Positions 30,096 through 40,451 are shown, counted from the first letter of the stretch. The stretch is DNA of 51,080 bases from Clostridia bacterium (GCA_045532255.1 JAZSFO010000025.1:1-51080), one strand, 5' to 3'. The notes: generated by a model not told the origin, from the letters alone. Program-made: numbers and translations.

Positions 30096-30523
30096 AGTAT
30101 GGTTTTCAACGCCTTTTTAATTGCCAAAGCACAGTTATTGTATTCTTCCTGCGACTTACCGAACGGGTCATCAATATCAGCTTCTTTGCCATATGCTTTT
30201 TCGCTGAGGGTAAGAATTTTGTCCTTGAATTTTGGCAGAGCACTGCGGATTGCCATTTTGTGCGATGATGTCATTGTAAGAATAAGGTCGCTTTCGGCAA
30301 TATCCTTTTCCTCAAGTTGTGTTGCCATATGTTCAAAATTATCTATGCCAAGCATTTTTAATGCTTCTGTCGATTTTTGATTTATTTTCTGTGGCATAAA
30401 AACACTCAGACCCCTCGAAAATGATGAACCGTCTATGCTGTTTTGAATACATAGCTTGTTGTATATAGCTTCTGCCATCGGGCTTCTGCATGTGTTACCT
30501 GTGCATACAAATAGTATTTTCAT
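30083..30523 (-). CDS. ywlE: Low-molecular-weight phosphatase, YwlE-like (protein arginine/tyrosine phosphatase)
   Basis: P-loop FVCTGNTCRSPMAE (the same CTGNTCRS loop I recall for B. subtilis YwlE) and the DPF general-acid motif (DIDDPFG). Confidence 0.88.
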   Translation of the reverse strand: MKILFVCTGNTCRSPMAEAIYNKLCIQNSIDGSSFSRGLSVFMPQKINQKSTEALKMLGIDNFEHMATQLEEKDIAESDLILTMTSSHKMAIRSALPKFKDKILTLSEKAYGKEADIDDPFGKSQEEYNNCALAIKKALKTILCIE

Positions 30524-30527
30524 ATAT

Positions 30528-31526
30528 TTACACCTTTGTTATTTTGTTCCCTGCAGACTTGTAAAGTCTGTTACGTACAGCAACTCCTATTCCGTCTTCT
30601 TCGGTGAATTCAGCATATATGACAGATACCTTATACTCATCAAAAACCCTCAAATTGTAAAAAAGACTTGATGCATATTCTGCCATTGTATTTCCTGCTG
30701 ACAAAACACATTTTGCATTGTCATAATCACCGCCCCTATATGTAAGGACACCGGCATTTATATTTGTTTCCAGCTTGGATAATATATATTTTCGTATGTT
30801 GTCCTTATTACCGCATACAACCTCAATATCAGCTTTTGGTGAATAGTGCTTGTACTTCATTCCAGGGCATTTGGGTTTGTCTGTCGGCTCTGTCAGAGAA
30901 ATATCATAAACCGCAGAGGGTATTAATTCTTTAATCATCTCCAGAGTTATTGCACCGGGTCTCAAAATAGTAGGTATGTCCGATGTCAAATCAATAACCG
31001 TGGATTCAAGACCGATTTCGCTATCGGAAGATTTGATGATAAAATCTATTCTTCCGTCAAGGTCTGCGATAACATGATTTACATTTGTCGGGCTTGGACT
31101 TCCCGATAGATTTGCAGAGGGGGCGGCAATGAATTTGCCGCTTTTTGAAATAAGGTCTCTTGCGAGTCTATCGGACGGACAGCGTATAGCAACTGTATCC
31201 AGACCGCCTGTAACCCTGAATGGCACTGTGTCCTTTTTGGGAAAGATTATTGTAAGCGGACCCGGCCAGAACTTGTCCATAAGAAGAGATGCATCTTTAG
31301 AAACTCTGCTTGCAAGGTGTTTGACATCATCTTTTTGTGCAATATGAATAATCAGCGGATTATCGCTTGGTCTGCCCTTGGCTTTGTAAATTTTGTCAAT
31401 TGCCAGTTCATTCATGGCATCTGCACCGAGACCGTAAACTGTCTCAGTCGGAAATGCAACCGTACCGCCGTCTGCAAGGCACTTGGCAGCTTCATCCAGT
31501 TTATCGCAGTTTATAATTTTTGTCAT
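30528..31526 (-). CDS. tsaC: L-threonylcarbamoyladenylate synthase (TsaC/Sua5/YwlC type with a C-terminal Sua5 domain)
   Basis: YrdC-fold motifs FPTETVYGLGADA, KGRPSDNPLIIH, SANLSG, plus a C-terminal domain of about 120 aa. Confidence 0.9.
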   Translation of the reverse strand: MTKIINCDKLDEAAKCLADGGTVAFPTETVYGLGADAMNELAIDKIYKAKGRPSDNPLIIHIAQKDDVKHLASRVSKDASLLMDKFWPGPLTIIFPKKDTVPFRVTGGLDTVAIRCPSDRLARDLISKSGKFIAAPSANLSGSPSPTNVNHVIADLDGRIDFIIKSSDSEIGLESTVIDLTSDIPTILRPGAITLEMIKELIPSAVYDISLTEPTDKPKCPGMKYKHYSPKADIEVVCGNKDNIRKYILSKLETNINAGVLTYRGGDYDNAKCVLSAGNTMAEYASSLFYNLRVFDEYKVSVIYAEFTEEDGIGVAVRNRLYKSAGNKITKV

Positions 31527-31527
31527 A

Positions 31528-32601
31528 TTATGCTTCGCTCACTTTCAGCTTTTCGCTTTGGTCAGTAGTAATCAAAGCATCTATTATTTCATCCAAATCG
31601 CCGTTTAATATAGAATCAAGGCGGTGCAGCGTAAGACCTATTCTATGGTCTGTAACTCTGCCCTGAGGATAGTTGTAGGTTCTTATTCTTTCGCTTCGGT
31701 CTCCTGTACCGACCTGACTTTTTCTTTCTGCACTGATTGCATCATTTTGCTGCTGAATAAATATATCATATACTCTTGAACGGAGTATCTTCATTGCTTT
31801 ATCCTTGTTTTTGTGCTGTGATTTTTCGTCCTGACACGAAACCACAACACCTGTCGGTATATGTGTAATTCTTACTGCAGAGTCCGTTGTGTTAACGCAC
31901 TGTCCTCCCGGACCGCCTGCTCTGAAAACATCTATCCTCAAATCATTTTGGTTGATTTCTACCTCTACTTCTTCCACTTCGGGAAGAACAGCAACCGTAA
32001 CTGTCGATGTATGTATTCTTCCTCCTGATTCTGTGGACGGTATTCTCTGTACACGGTGTACACCGCTTTCAAATTTGAGTCTGCTGTATGCCTTGTCGCC
32101 GTTTATTGCAAAGGAAACTTCTTTGTATCCGCCGATATCCGTCGGGCTTTCGCTGAGCATTTCTACCTTCCAACGCTGCGTCTCAGCATACATTGAGTAC
32201 ATTCTCAAAAGGTCTGCGGCGAAAAGTGCAGCCTCGTCTCCGCCTGCACCGCCGCGGATTTCGACAATAACATTTTTGTCGTCGTTGGGGTCTTTGGGCA
32301 GAAGAAGAATTTTTAACTCTTCGCTTATTTTTTCTATCCCGATGTTGCTTTCGTCTATTGTCTGTTCAAGAAATTCCTTTTCATCCTTATCAAGTTCATC
32401 GGACTCAAGCATTTCTTTGGCTTCGGAAATATTTTCTGTAAGAGCCTTATATTCGCGGTATTTGTTAACTATCGGTGTAATGTCGCTGTGTTCCTTACAG
32501 AGCTTACGCCATAACTCCTGATCGGTAATTACTGCGGGATCGCTGATTTTGGTCTCCAATTCCTTAAATCTGTCATCTATAAATGATAATTTATCAAACA
32601 T
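31528..32601 (-). CDS. prfA: Peptide chain release factor 1
   Basis: GGQ motif ([15 protein letters not shown]) and the RF1-type P-x-T tripeptide (PST). No frameshift site. Confidence 0.97.
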   Translation of the reverse strand: MFDKLSFIDDRFKELETKISDPAVITDQELWRKLCKEHSDITPIVNKYREYKALTENISEAKEMLESDELDKDEKEFLEQTIDESNIGIEKISEELKILLLPKDPNDDKNVIVEIRGGAGGDEAALFAADLLRMYSMYAETQRWKVEMLSESPTDIGGYKEVSFAINGDKAYSRLKFESGVHRVQRIPSTESGGRIHTSTVTVAVLPEVEEVEVEINQNDLRIDVFRAGGPGGQCVNTTDSAVRITHIPTGVVVSCQDEKSQHKNKDKAMKILRSRVYDIFIQQQNDAISAERKSQVGTGDRSERIRTYNYPQGRVTDHRIGLTLHRLDSILNGDLDEIIDALITTDQSEKLKVSEA

Positions 32602-32703
32602 CTGTACACCTCAAAAAACACATAATATATCAACAATAATTTTAGCATAAAATCAACAAAAAATAAAGAGTTTTTTTCAATTGTTATATTTATGTAATAT
32701 AAA

Positions 32704-34752
32704 CTAATTAAATATTTTTATGTTACCAAAATCGTCGAATAATTTTGTAATTCTTAATGAAAGAGCTGTATGGTTAGAATTCTTTAGTTCGGGGTCGGAA
32801 TTTATAATTTCGTCACATGCTTCGCGTGCTGTTTGCGCAATTTCCAAATCAGTAAAAAGATTGGCGATTTTAAGCTCGGGAATTCCATGCTGTCTTGTTC
32901 CGAAAAATTCTCCGCATCCTCTTAACCGTAAATCTTCTGATGCAATTTCAAATCCGTCGGAGTGAGCGCACATTATTTTCATTCTCTCCTTTGCATCGTC
33001 CGTTTTTGTTTCGGACACAAGAATACAATAGGATTTTTCGCTTCCTCTCCCTACTCTTCCCCTTAATTGGTGTAGCTGAGATAGACCGAATCTCTCGGCA
33101 TTTTCGACAATCATAAGTGTGGCATTAGGTATGTCAATACCCACTTCTATTACTGTTGTGGATACAAGTATACTGTAATCTCCGTTTCTGAAGCCGTTCA
33201 TTATCTCGTCCTTTTCTTCGGACGGCATTTTTCCGTGAAGAAAAGCAATATTAAGGTTCGGAAAACGACTTTTTAGTCTTTCATAGGTTTCCTGTGCCGA
33301 AACTGCTTCTATTTTATCGGAATCCTCTATAAGCGGGCATACAACAAAGCATTGATGATTTATTTCTGCCTGCTTTTCGATAAAACTTTCCAGCCGTGCC
33401 CGTTTTGATTCGTTAATACAGAATGTATCTATTTTTTGTCTTCCCTTGGGCATGGTTTTGATAATGGAAATATCCAAATCGCCGTAAAGAACCAAGGAGA
33501 GGGTTCTCGGTATTGGAGTTGCGCTCATTACAAGAACATTGGGATAATCATTTCCTTTTGCAAGTTTGGCTCTTTGATGTACGCCAAATCTGTGCTGTTC
33601 GTCGGTAATGCATAGGCCGAGATTTGCAAACTTAACCCTATCCTCAATAAGTGCATGTGTTCCTATGATGACATCGTATTTACCGTCTGCTATATCGCAG
33701 AGAAGTTCTTTTTTTCCTTTGGTGTCACCTGTTAGAAGTGTAACCTTAATGTCGGTTTTTTCAAAAAAACTGCACATGGATTTGTAATGCTGATTTGCAA
33801 GAATTTCTGTAGGTGCCATAAAAACGGTCTGATAACCGTTTTTGCATGCAACATATGCACTTCCTGCGGCAACTGCAGTCTTACCGCTTCCGACATCTCC
33901 CTGTATTAACCTGTTCATCGGTCTTGATGATTTGAGGTCCATGCATATTTCGTTGAGACATTTTTTCTGGTCGTCGGTTAATTCATACGGTAGTTGATTT
34001 GCAAAATCGCGTACGCATTTTATGTCATTTATTGTTATTCCCGTTGTTATATCCCCTGCTGTTCTTAGCTTTTTCATGGCAAGAGTCAGGATAAACAGTT
34101 CTTCAAAAGCGAGTCTGTACCTTGCTTTTTGAAATTTATCCTCATCTTCGGGGTGGTGCATGTTGATTATACATTCACCAAGGGGCATAAGATTATATTT
34201 GTCTGTAATCTCCTCGGGCAAGGTCTCGTAAAATCCGTCAATCAAATTCAGGGCAAAATCCACAGCTTTTGAAAAATCCCTCTGCGTAAGTCCCGATGTC
34301 AATGAATAAATCGGAATTATTTTTCCTGTAAGATTATTTTCGCCGTAGGGTTCCATTACCTTAAGTGTCATTTCGTGGTCAACGGTTCCGTAAAAAATAC
34401 AACGCATTCCCCTTTTTAACTTGTGTTTGTTAAACGGCGAAGAAAACCATTTTACATTCATTGTTCCCGTATGATCTTCTATTCTCAGGATATACAGTGA
34501 CATTTTTGCATTGATCTTCTTTTCTATAACTGCACCCCTTACAATTGCATCAATACAGCAATCGGAACCTCTTGGAGCATCGGCTATTGTATAGACTTTG
34601 CGTCTGTCCTCGTACGCCCTGGGAAATGAATAAACTATATCCCATACGGTATGTATCCCGAGCTTTGACATAAGCTGTGCTTTCTTTTCACCAATGCCCT
34701 TTATGATACGGATATCCGAATTGAGAAGCGAAACATAACTGTTGAAGTCCAT
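32704..34752 (-). CDS. recG: ATP-dependent DNA helicase RecG
   Basis: Wedge domain N-terminus, Walker A GDVGSGKT, DEQHRFG, TRG-motif region, QLHQLRGRVGRG. Confidence 0.95.
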   Translation of the reverse strand: MDFNSYVSLLNSDIRIIKGIGEKKAQLMSKLGIHTVWDIVYSFPRAYEDRRKVYTIADAPRGSDCCIDAIVRGAVIEKKINAKMSLYILRIEDHTGTMNVKWFSSPFNKHKLKRGMRCIFYGTVDHEMTLKVMEPYGENNLTGKIIPIYSLTSGLTQRDFSKAVDFALNLIDGFYETLPEEITDKYNLMPLGECIINMHHPEDEDKFQKARYRLAFEELFILTLAMKKLRTAGDITTGITINDIKCVRDFANQLPYELTDDQKKCLNEICMDLKSSRPMNRLIQGDVGSGKTAVAAGSAYVACKNGYQTVFMAPTEILANQHYKSMCSFFEKTDIKVTLLTGDTKGKKELLCDIADGKYDVIIGTHALIEDRVKFANLGLCITDEQHRFGVHQRAKLAKGNDYPNVLVMSATPIPRTLSLVLYGDLDISIIKTMPKGRQKIDTFCINESKRARLESFIEKQAEINHQCFVVCPLIEDSDKIEAVSAQETYERLKSRFPNLNIAFLHGKMPSEEKDEIMNGFRNGDYSILVSTTVIEVGIDIPNATLMIVENAERFGLSQLHQLRGRVGRGSEKSYCILVSETKTDDAKERMKIMCAHSDGFEIASEDLRLRGCGEFFGTRQHGIPELKIANLFTDLEIAQTAREACDEIINSDPELKNSNHTALSLRITKLFDDFGNIKIFN

Positions 34753-34772
34753 ACGCCAATAGCCCCCTTTCT

Positions 34773-34809
34773 AAAAAATTACGGGCACAGCAATAACACT
34801 GTGCCCGTA
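34773..34809 (-). terminator. Intrinsic terminator after the DAK2 gene
   Basis: Perfect 11-bp GC-rich stem TACGGGCACAG / CTGTGCCCGTA followed by ATTTTTT on the minus strand. Confidence 0.85.
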
Positions 34810-34812
34810 GCT

Positions 34813-36444
34813 TTACTCAACTGAAATAAAATAGTAATATACGGGTTGACCGCCGAAATGAACATAAACATCACATTCATCATAACGGCTTTCGAGTTCG
34901 GTTTTGAGTTCATCAGCTTGCTCGGGAGTGATTTCTTCGCCGTAAAAAAGCGTTATTACCGAAGATTCGTCATCAACCATCATGTCCAAAAGATTATATA
35001 CAGAGCTTGTAACATCTGAATTAACACATTCGATTTTGTTTTCCAAAATTCCAAGGATATCCCCGGGAACAATTTTCTTGTCATTTACAACTGTATCGCG
35101 TACTGCATATGTTATTTGTGCACTTTTTACCTCGGAGAGAACAGAAACCATTTCGTCAAAGTTATCGTCCGGCTCAGCACTTTCATCAAACACAAGCAGA
35201 CTGCTCATTGCCTGAACAATGCTTTTTGTGGGTATAACATATACATTCTTTTCGGAAAGCTCTTTTGCCTGCTCGGCAGCCATAATTATATTCTTGTTGT
35301 TCGGGAAGACATAGATGTTCTGGGCATTTATATCTTCTATTGCGCTAAGGATATCATCCGTACTGGGATTCATTGTCTGACCGCCTTCTATAATGCTGTC
35401 TACACCGAGCTTTTTGAAGGTATCAGATAGACCCTTTCCTACTGCAACAGATACAAAGCCATATTTTTTAGCTTCTTCCTGTTTGGGTTCCTGCTTGGGA
35501 GCTTCCTTTGAAGCATCGGAAAGTGAATTGTGCTGAAGCTTCATATTTTCTATCTTAATACTGCTGAGTTCGCCGTACATAAGAGCCTGAGCTAACACAA
35601 AATCAGGGTTGTTGGTATGAATGTGGATTTTTATTATGCTTTCGTCATCAACAACAACCATGCTGTCGCCTTTTGGCTCGAGGCTGAGCTTGAGCTTAAA
35701 GGCATCTGCCTTGGGTGAGATTTTTTCTATGATACATTCGGTACAGTATTTATATTTAAGGTCTGATATATCCACGGATGCAGCACCTTGTGATGTCTGT
35801 ACTGCACTCGGATCATTTCTCACAATAACCTCATTGTGCTCCAGTACATAAAGTGCACCCTTGCAAATATACATAAGTCCCTGACCGCCCGAATCCACTA
35901 CGCCTGCCTGTTTTAACTGCGGAAGCATATCGGGGGTTTTGCTCAGGGCATCATCGCCTGCGGCAATAATATCCTTTGCAAACGAAATGACATCGTCATA
36001 GTTTTCTTCATTCTTCTCTGCAAATTCCGCCATTTTTCTTGCAACTGTAAGGATTGTTCCCTCTGTCGGCTTCATTACTGCTTTGTAGGCGGATTTTGCG
36101 GCACTTTGAACAGCAGCGGAAAGACGAGAGCAATCTATTGTGTCTGCATCACTGAGAGCTTTGTTCACACCTCTCATAAGCTGTGAAAGGATAACGCCTG
36201 AGTTACCTCTCGCCCCTCTTAATGCAGCATTGGCTACAAGCTTGGTAAGAGCAGGGATTGTATCCGCATCCGAGGAAACAATGGCTGCTTCGCATGCGTC
36301 CATTGTCATTGACATATTTGTACCTGTATCGCCGTCCGGAACAGGAAATACATTCATGTTGTCAACTTCTTGCTTGTGGTTAGCAAGATTTGCGGCAGCA
36401 GATAAAATCATACTGCGGTATATCGATGAGTTTATATCTGGCAT
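34813..36444 (-). CDS. yloV: DAK2 domain fusion protein (YloV family)
   Basis: NVFPVPDGDTGTNM Dak2 motif with a C-terminal DegV/YloV-type domain. Start set to the ATG at 36444, because the ORF-track GTG is part of the AGGAGTG RBS. Confidence 0.9.
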   Translation of the reverse strand: MPDINSSIYRSMILSAAANLANHKQEVDNMNVFPVPDGDTGTNMSMTMDACEAAIVSSDADTIPALTKLVANAALRGARGNSGVILSQLMRGVNKALSDADTIDCSRLSAAVQSAAKSAYKAVMKPTEGTILTVARKMAEFAEKNEENYDDVISFAKDIIAAGDDALSKTPDMLPQLKQAGVVDSGGQGLMYICKGALYVLEHNEVIVRNDPSAVQTSQGAASVDISDLKYKYCTECIIEKISPKADAFKLKLSLEPKGDSMVVVDDESIIKIHIHTNNPDFVLAQALMYGELSSIKIENMKLQHNSLSDASKEAPKQEPKQEEAKKYGFVSVAVGKGLSDTFKKLGVDSIIEGGQTMNPSTDDILSAIEDINAQNIYVFPNNKNIIMAAEQAKELSEKNVYVIPTKSIVQAMSSLLVFDESAEPDDNFDEMVSVLSEVKSAQITYAVRDTVVNDKKIVPGDILGILENKIECVNSDVTSSVYNLLDMMVDDESSVITLFYGEEITPEQADELKTELESRYDECDVYVHFGGQPVYYYFISVE

Positions 36445-36459
36445 CTGGCAATTCACTCC

Positions 36460-36822
36460 TTATTCCTGAACACGAAAGCCTTCGACATATACATTGACGC
36501 TTTCCACTTCCAAACCGGTAAGTTTATTTACCTGATACTTCACATTGCTTATAATGCTGTCGCAAACAACGGTTATATTTGTGCCGTATTCTACAATTAT
36601 GTGCATATCAAGAGTAACCTTGCCTTCTGCAACAGTAACTTTAATACCTTTTGTAAGATTGTCCTTTTTGAGGAGATTTGCAATTTCGTCTTTCTTTGAA
36701 CGGTATGCCATGCCGACAACACCGTAACAGCAGGTTGCAATATATCCTGCTATTTTTGCTATTACTTCTGTTTCAATGATTATAGAACCCTTTGATAAAT
36801 CAAATCCGGAATTCATTGACAT
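36460..36822 (-). CDS. Asp23/Gls24 family envelope stress protein (YloU-like)
   Basis: 120 aa with IAKIAGYIATCCYGVVGM and the conserved pairing with yloV. Confidence 0.9.
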   Translation of the reverse strand: MSMNSGFDLSKGSIIIETEVIAKIAGYIATCCYGVVGMAYRSKKDEIANLLKKDNLTKGIKVTVAEGKVTLDMHIIVEYGTNITVVCDSIISNVKYQVNKLTGLEVESVNVYVEGFRVQE

Positions 36823-38392
36823 ATAAATTCTTCCTTTCGGTTAGAGTCTCATTTTTAATAAATTCATATTCTGTTTCTCTGCAGGTCGAAAACAAAATTT
36901 GTTTTTCCTTGGAAAGCTCAAATAGGAGTCTGAGAGTTGCCTCACTGCGTTTCTTGTCATAGAAGGCAAGAGCGTCATCTAAAAACAACGGCAAATATAT
37001 ATCGCCCGACAGAATTTGAGACAAGGCAAGTCTCATAGCAAGATATGCCTGTTCTTTTCCTCCTTGGCTAAAACTAAGAGCGTTTTTGTAACCGCTTGTG
37101 CTCTCGATGTTTATATCAAGAGAATCATCGACCAAGGCCTTGGAATATGTTCCGTTTGTAATTTGAGACAGATGCTGACCTGTAAGTGAGCTGAGCTGAG
37201 GTGCAAACATACGGCTTAGTTCTTCGAAAGCCGAGTCCAATGCTTTCTTTGCAAGACTTAGAGAATCAAGCTGTAATTTGTATTGCAAAAGCTGTTCGCC
37301 TAGTTCGGACAGCTTGTCAGCATATTCTGATTTGTCTCTTTCTTTGGTGTTTATAAGGTGCTGTTGCTCTGTATATAGAGAATACTTTTCTTTAAGAGAA
37401 AAAATTTTCTCTGTTAATGACATTATTTTATCATTATTTGCTCTTAATGTAAAGAGTTTTCTTTCATAATCCTTTTGCATACGGATACTTATCCGATAGT
37501 ATACAAAAACAAATATCACGGATAATATAAGGGATATAATTCCGATTATTACAAGTGTTTTTGATTTGCCAAGGATGATTAAAAGTGACGATACCGCCAT
37601 AATAAGAGCAGATATAATTGCGAAAATAACTGGTGCTTTTTGCTCTTTTGGAATATCGTTATTTTCCTTTAAGTCGGATATTTGCTTTGAAATAGTATCA
37701 ATTTCTGTCTGCAATAATTGTTTTTCTTCATCAAGCTGTTTTGCTTTCTCGCTTTCGCGCTTAATATCGGATATCCTGGATTTTAGTTCAAAAATCTGTT
37801 TTTCTATATTCGGAATAACAGGATTTCTTTTCTTGGGTGAAACCAGAGATGCAATTCTTTCTTTAATTATATCCGAAATATGTGTATAAGATACCTTGAT
37901 ACTGTCCGATTGATAGATGTTTGCAAGCTCTGATACGAGCCTGTCTGCAGACATGGAGTTATATTCACTTTGCATAGATGTGATATATGTACTGCGATAC
38001 AGTTCTTCTGCACCGATTCCCAAAAAATATTCACCCGGACACAAAAGAACCTGTCTGTCTTTTATTTCCTCAGATGTATCTGTGCAAAAGAGCGATATAT
38101 CTGAATTATGTCTGGAACAAAGCCTTGAAAGAATATATTCTCTGCCGTCATGTTCAAATGTAAGTCTTCCTTGCATGGGACTTCCGTCCCATGGCATATA
38201 TTTCTCCTTGAAGCTCAAGTCTCCCGGAATTTTCTTGATTTTTGTGCCGTAAAAGATATAAAGGATAAACGAAAACAAGGTAGATTTTCCGCTTTCGTTG
38301 GGTCCGTATATCAAATTAAAACCCTTTGAAAGAGAAATGCTGTAATTTTTTATACAACCGAAGCTGTCAATTTGTATTTTTTTAATGTACAT
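36800..38392 (-). CDS. SMC/Rad50-like AAA ATPase, YhaN/SbcE-like, with a central two-helix membrane hairpin
   Basis: Walker A GPNESGKST, C-terminal signature FSQGGKEQ and Walker B LPLFLDDALAFYD, with heptad-like K/E/Q/L-rich arms. Two hydrophobic helices at aa about 253-275 and 279-299 (nt 37496-37636). No CxxC hook seen. Confidence 0.75.
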   Translation of the reverse strand: MYIKKIQIDSFGCIKNYSISLSKGFNLIYGPNESGKSTLFSFILYIFYGTKIKKIPGDLSFKEKYMPWDGSPMQGRLTFEHDGREYILSRLCSRHNSDISLFCTDTSEEIKDRQVLLCPGEYFLGIGAEELYRSTYITSMQSEYNSMSADRLVSELANIYQSDSIKVSYTHISDIIKERIASLVSPKKRNPVIPNIEKQIFELKSRISDIKRESEKAKQLDEEKQLLQTEIDTISKQISDLKENNDIPKEQKAPVIFAIISALIMAVSSLLIILGKSKTLVIIGIISLILSVIFVFVYYRISIRMQKDYERKLFTLRANNDKIMSLTEKIFSLKEKYSLYTEQQHLINTKERDKSEYADKLSELGEQLLQYKLQLDSLSLAKKALDSAFEELSRMFAPQLSSLTGQHLSQITNGTYSKALVDDSLDINIESTSGYKNALSFSQGGKEQAYLAMRLALSQILSGDIYLPLFLDDALAFYDKKRSEATLRLLFELSKEKQILFSTCRETEYEFIKNETLTERKNLYVNEFRI

Positions 38393-38396
38393 TACA

Positions 38397-39473
38397 TCAC
38401 CTACACATAAGCTCTGTCAGAATACTGCAGGCTTCTTCAAATACTTCGTCGTTGCATGTGCTCTTGAGATTTAACAAAGCTGATGCGGTTTTTCCCCTGA
38501 GGGACATCTCATCGGTATAATTAAGTATATTATCGCGGTATGTGCTTTTGTCTTCAAATTCTATGTAAAAGCAGTCAAATAATTCTTGGTACAGCTTTGG
38601 ATTTGGCAGAAATTTATTCCTTGTTCCGCAAAGAATGACCTTGTAAAGATTATCCTTGCAAACGGATGTTCTTATTTTTGATATCAACTCTTCTTCCGAT
38701 TGCATATTTGAAATATCAACTTCCAGTACGGTGTGTTCTCTTTTGCTCATGGAATAAAAATCAAGATGGCAAAATCCCTTTGCAACTTCGCCGTAGATTG
38801 CACCGCAGGAGCCTGCCTCATCAAATCCACCCGGCTCAAGAACGCCCGGGTATGCACAAAATACACCGTCAATATTATTGATTCCCGAAAAGGAATGAAC
38901 ATGTCCAAGTGCCAGATAATCAAGATTGCTCATGGAAATTTCTGATCTTGTTATTGGGTTGTATGGTGAATCGGGCGAAATATCCCCGTGCATTGCCATT
39001 ATTTGAATGTTTTCATTATCGGGTGCTCTGAAATCTGAGAGAAGCGAGGTATAACAATGCGGTGCACAAAAGCTCACACCGTGTACCTCAACACCTATTT
39101 CCTTTAGTTCTGCCCTATCCATGCTATCCGAAAACACATGAACATTTGAGGGCGTTTTTTGCATCAGGTATTTAACAGGCTTTGACTCATAGCAATCATG
39201 GTTTCCGCATGCAATTACAAAGAATTTGTCATCGCACGCAGAAAATAAATCAATAACAAAATCAACGGCAGAGAGCGGACAGTCCTCTTCGAAAACATCC
39301 CCCGAAATAATAACCAGTTTTGCATCGGTGAAGCGCTCTATTGTATCTTTGAGAGTAAGGAGCGATTCTGCGTATCTTATTTTTGCCTTTTCTTCATTAA
39401 GAAAGGAATATTTTCTTCCCAAATGTAAATCAGCTATATGAAGTATTTTGACACTCATATTGTTCAGCCTCAT
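38397..39473 (-). CDS. Mre11/SbcD-like metallophosphoesterase nuclease, YhaO/SbcF-like
   Basis: Calcineurin-fold motifs [27 protein letters not shown]. The start is either the ATG at 39473 (ATGA overlap with the metA stop) or the ATG at 39458 ([12 protein letters not shown]). Confidence 0.8.
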   Translation of the reverse strand: MRLNNMSVKILHIADLHLGRKYSFLNEEKAKIRYAESLLTLKDTIERFTDAKLVIISGDVFEEDCPLSAVDFVIDLFSACDDKFFVIACGNHDCYESKPVKYLMQKTPSNVHVFSDSMDRAELKEIGVEVHGVSFCAPHCYTSLLSDFRAPDNENIQIMAMHGDISPDSPYNPITRSEISMSNLDYLALGHVHSFSGINNIDGVFCAYPGVLEPGGFDEAGSCGAIYGEVAKGFCHLDFYSMSKREHTVLEVDISNMQSEEELISKIRTSVCKDNLYKVILCGTRNKFLPNPKLYQELFDCFYIEFEDKSTYRDNILNYTDEMSLRGKTASALLNLKSTCNDEVFEEACSILTELMCR

Positions 39474-40387
39474 TTTATCTCATTGATATCATACGGTGTT
39501 GTTTGATATACATGGTAATTGAGCCAATTGTAGAAAAGAAGGTTTGCATGCGAACGCCATGTAACAATCGGTGATTTCTTGGGATTGTCATCTGCAAAGT
39601 AATTCTTGGGTATTTCTATTTCTTTGCCAAGATTTATGTCTCTTTCGTATTCGAGCTTGAGGGTGTCGCAATCATATTCGCTGTGTCCTGTTACAAAAAT
39701 CTGCTTTTTGTCCTTGCTGGCAATTATATATGCTCCTGCTTCCTTCGATTCGGATATAATTGTAAGCTCGGGACACTTTTTGATATCCTCGGTATAGGCT
39801 GTTGAATATCTTGAATGAGGAGCATAGAAAACGTCATCAAAACCTCTGACAAGCATGGCTTTCTTTCTTAGAACCTTGTGTTCAAACACACCGAAAATCT
39901 TTTTATCAAGTTCTCTCTTGGGTATGCCGTAATGATAATACATTCCCGCAAGAGCCGCCCAGCAAATATGGAATGTACTGGTTACATTGGTCTTTGTCCA
40001 TTCCATTATTTCCTTCAGTTCTTCCCAATAGTCCACATCTTCAAACTTCATCAGTTCTACGGGGGCACCTGTAATAATCATTCCGTCATATTTTTGATTT
40101 TTTATCTGATTAAAGCTCTTGTAAAATGTATTTATATGTTCCTGGGATGTGTTCTTGCTTGTGTAAGTACTTGTATAAAGAAAATCCATTTCAATCTGCA
40201 GAGGTGTGTTTCCAAGAAGTCTTATAAGCTGGGTTTCCGTTACTATCTTTGTTGGCATTATATTAAGCAGAGCAATTTTAAGCGGACGGATATCCTGCTT
40301 TAATGCTCTTTTTTCGGTAATGCAAAAAATGTTTTCGTCACTAAGTATTGTATTGGCAGGTAAATCTGCAGGAATTTTAATAGGCAT
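39470..40387 (-). CDS. metA: Homoserine O-acyltransferase MetA (probably O-acetyl-transferring)
   Basis: Catalytic Cys in FHICWAA and His in TGHSEYD. GAPVE (Glu rather than Gly after GAPx) matches the acetyl-specific Bacillus type, from memory. Confidence 0.93.
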   Translation of the reverse strand: MPIKIPADLPANTILSDENIFCITEKRALKQDIRPLKIALLNIMPTKIVTETQLIRLLGNTPLQIEMDFLYTSTYTSKNTSQEHINTFYKSFNQIKNQKYDGMIITGAPVELMKFEDVDYWEELKEIMEWTKTNVTSTFHICWAALAGMYYHYGIPKRELDKKIFGVFEHKVLRKKAMLVRGFDDVFYAPHSRYSTAYTEDIKKCPELTIISESKEAGAYIIASKDKKQIFVTGHSEYDCDTLKLEYERDINLGKEIEIPKNYFADDNPKKSPIVTWRSHANLLFYNWLNYHVYQTTPYDINEIK

Positions 40388-40451
40388 AGTCTATTCACTC
40401 CTTATGTTATGTTGATTTTGTTTGTGAAAACACATATAAATAACCAATTAT

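Noticed and set aside
31889-32521. 210-aa ORF on the plus strand, antisense to prfA
   Set aside because: Ser/Leu/Thr-rich low-complexity translation, no RBS, and it lies fully inside a strongly conserved gene. This is the typical frame artefact of the opposite strand of a codon-biased gene.
31528-32601. Programmed frameshift, as in prfB
   Set aside because: The gene is RF1 (P-x-T motif PST) with a single uninterrupted frame. No internal SD-CTTTGA-type site is expected or seen.
39878-40303. 141-aa plus-strand ORF antisense to metA
   Set aside because: Cys/Phe/Ile-rich nonsense-like sequence with no RBS, inside a conserved gene.
40423-40434. TGTGAAAACACA palindrome as a cre/CcpA or LacI-type operator in the metA/glgP divergent region
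   Set aside because: It is only a 4-bp-arm palindrome and lacks the central CG of cre, with about 3 mismatches to TGWAANCGNTNWCA. This is too weak to call.
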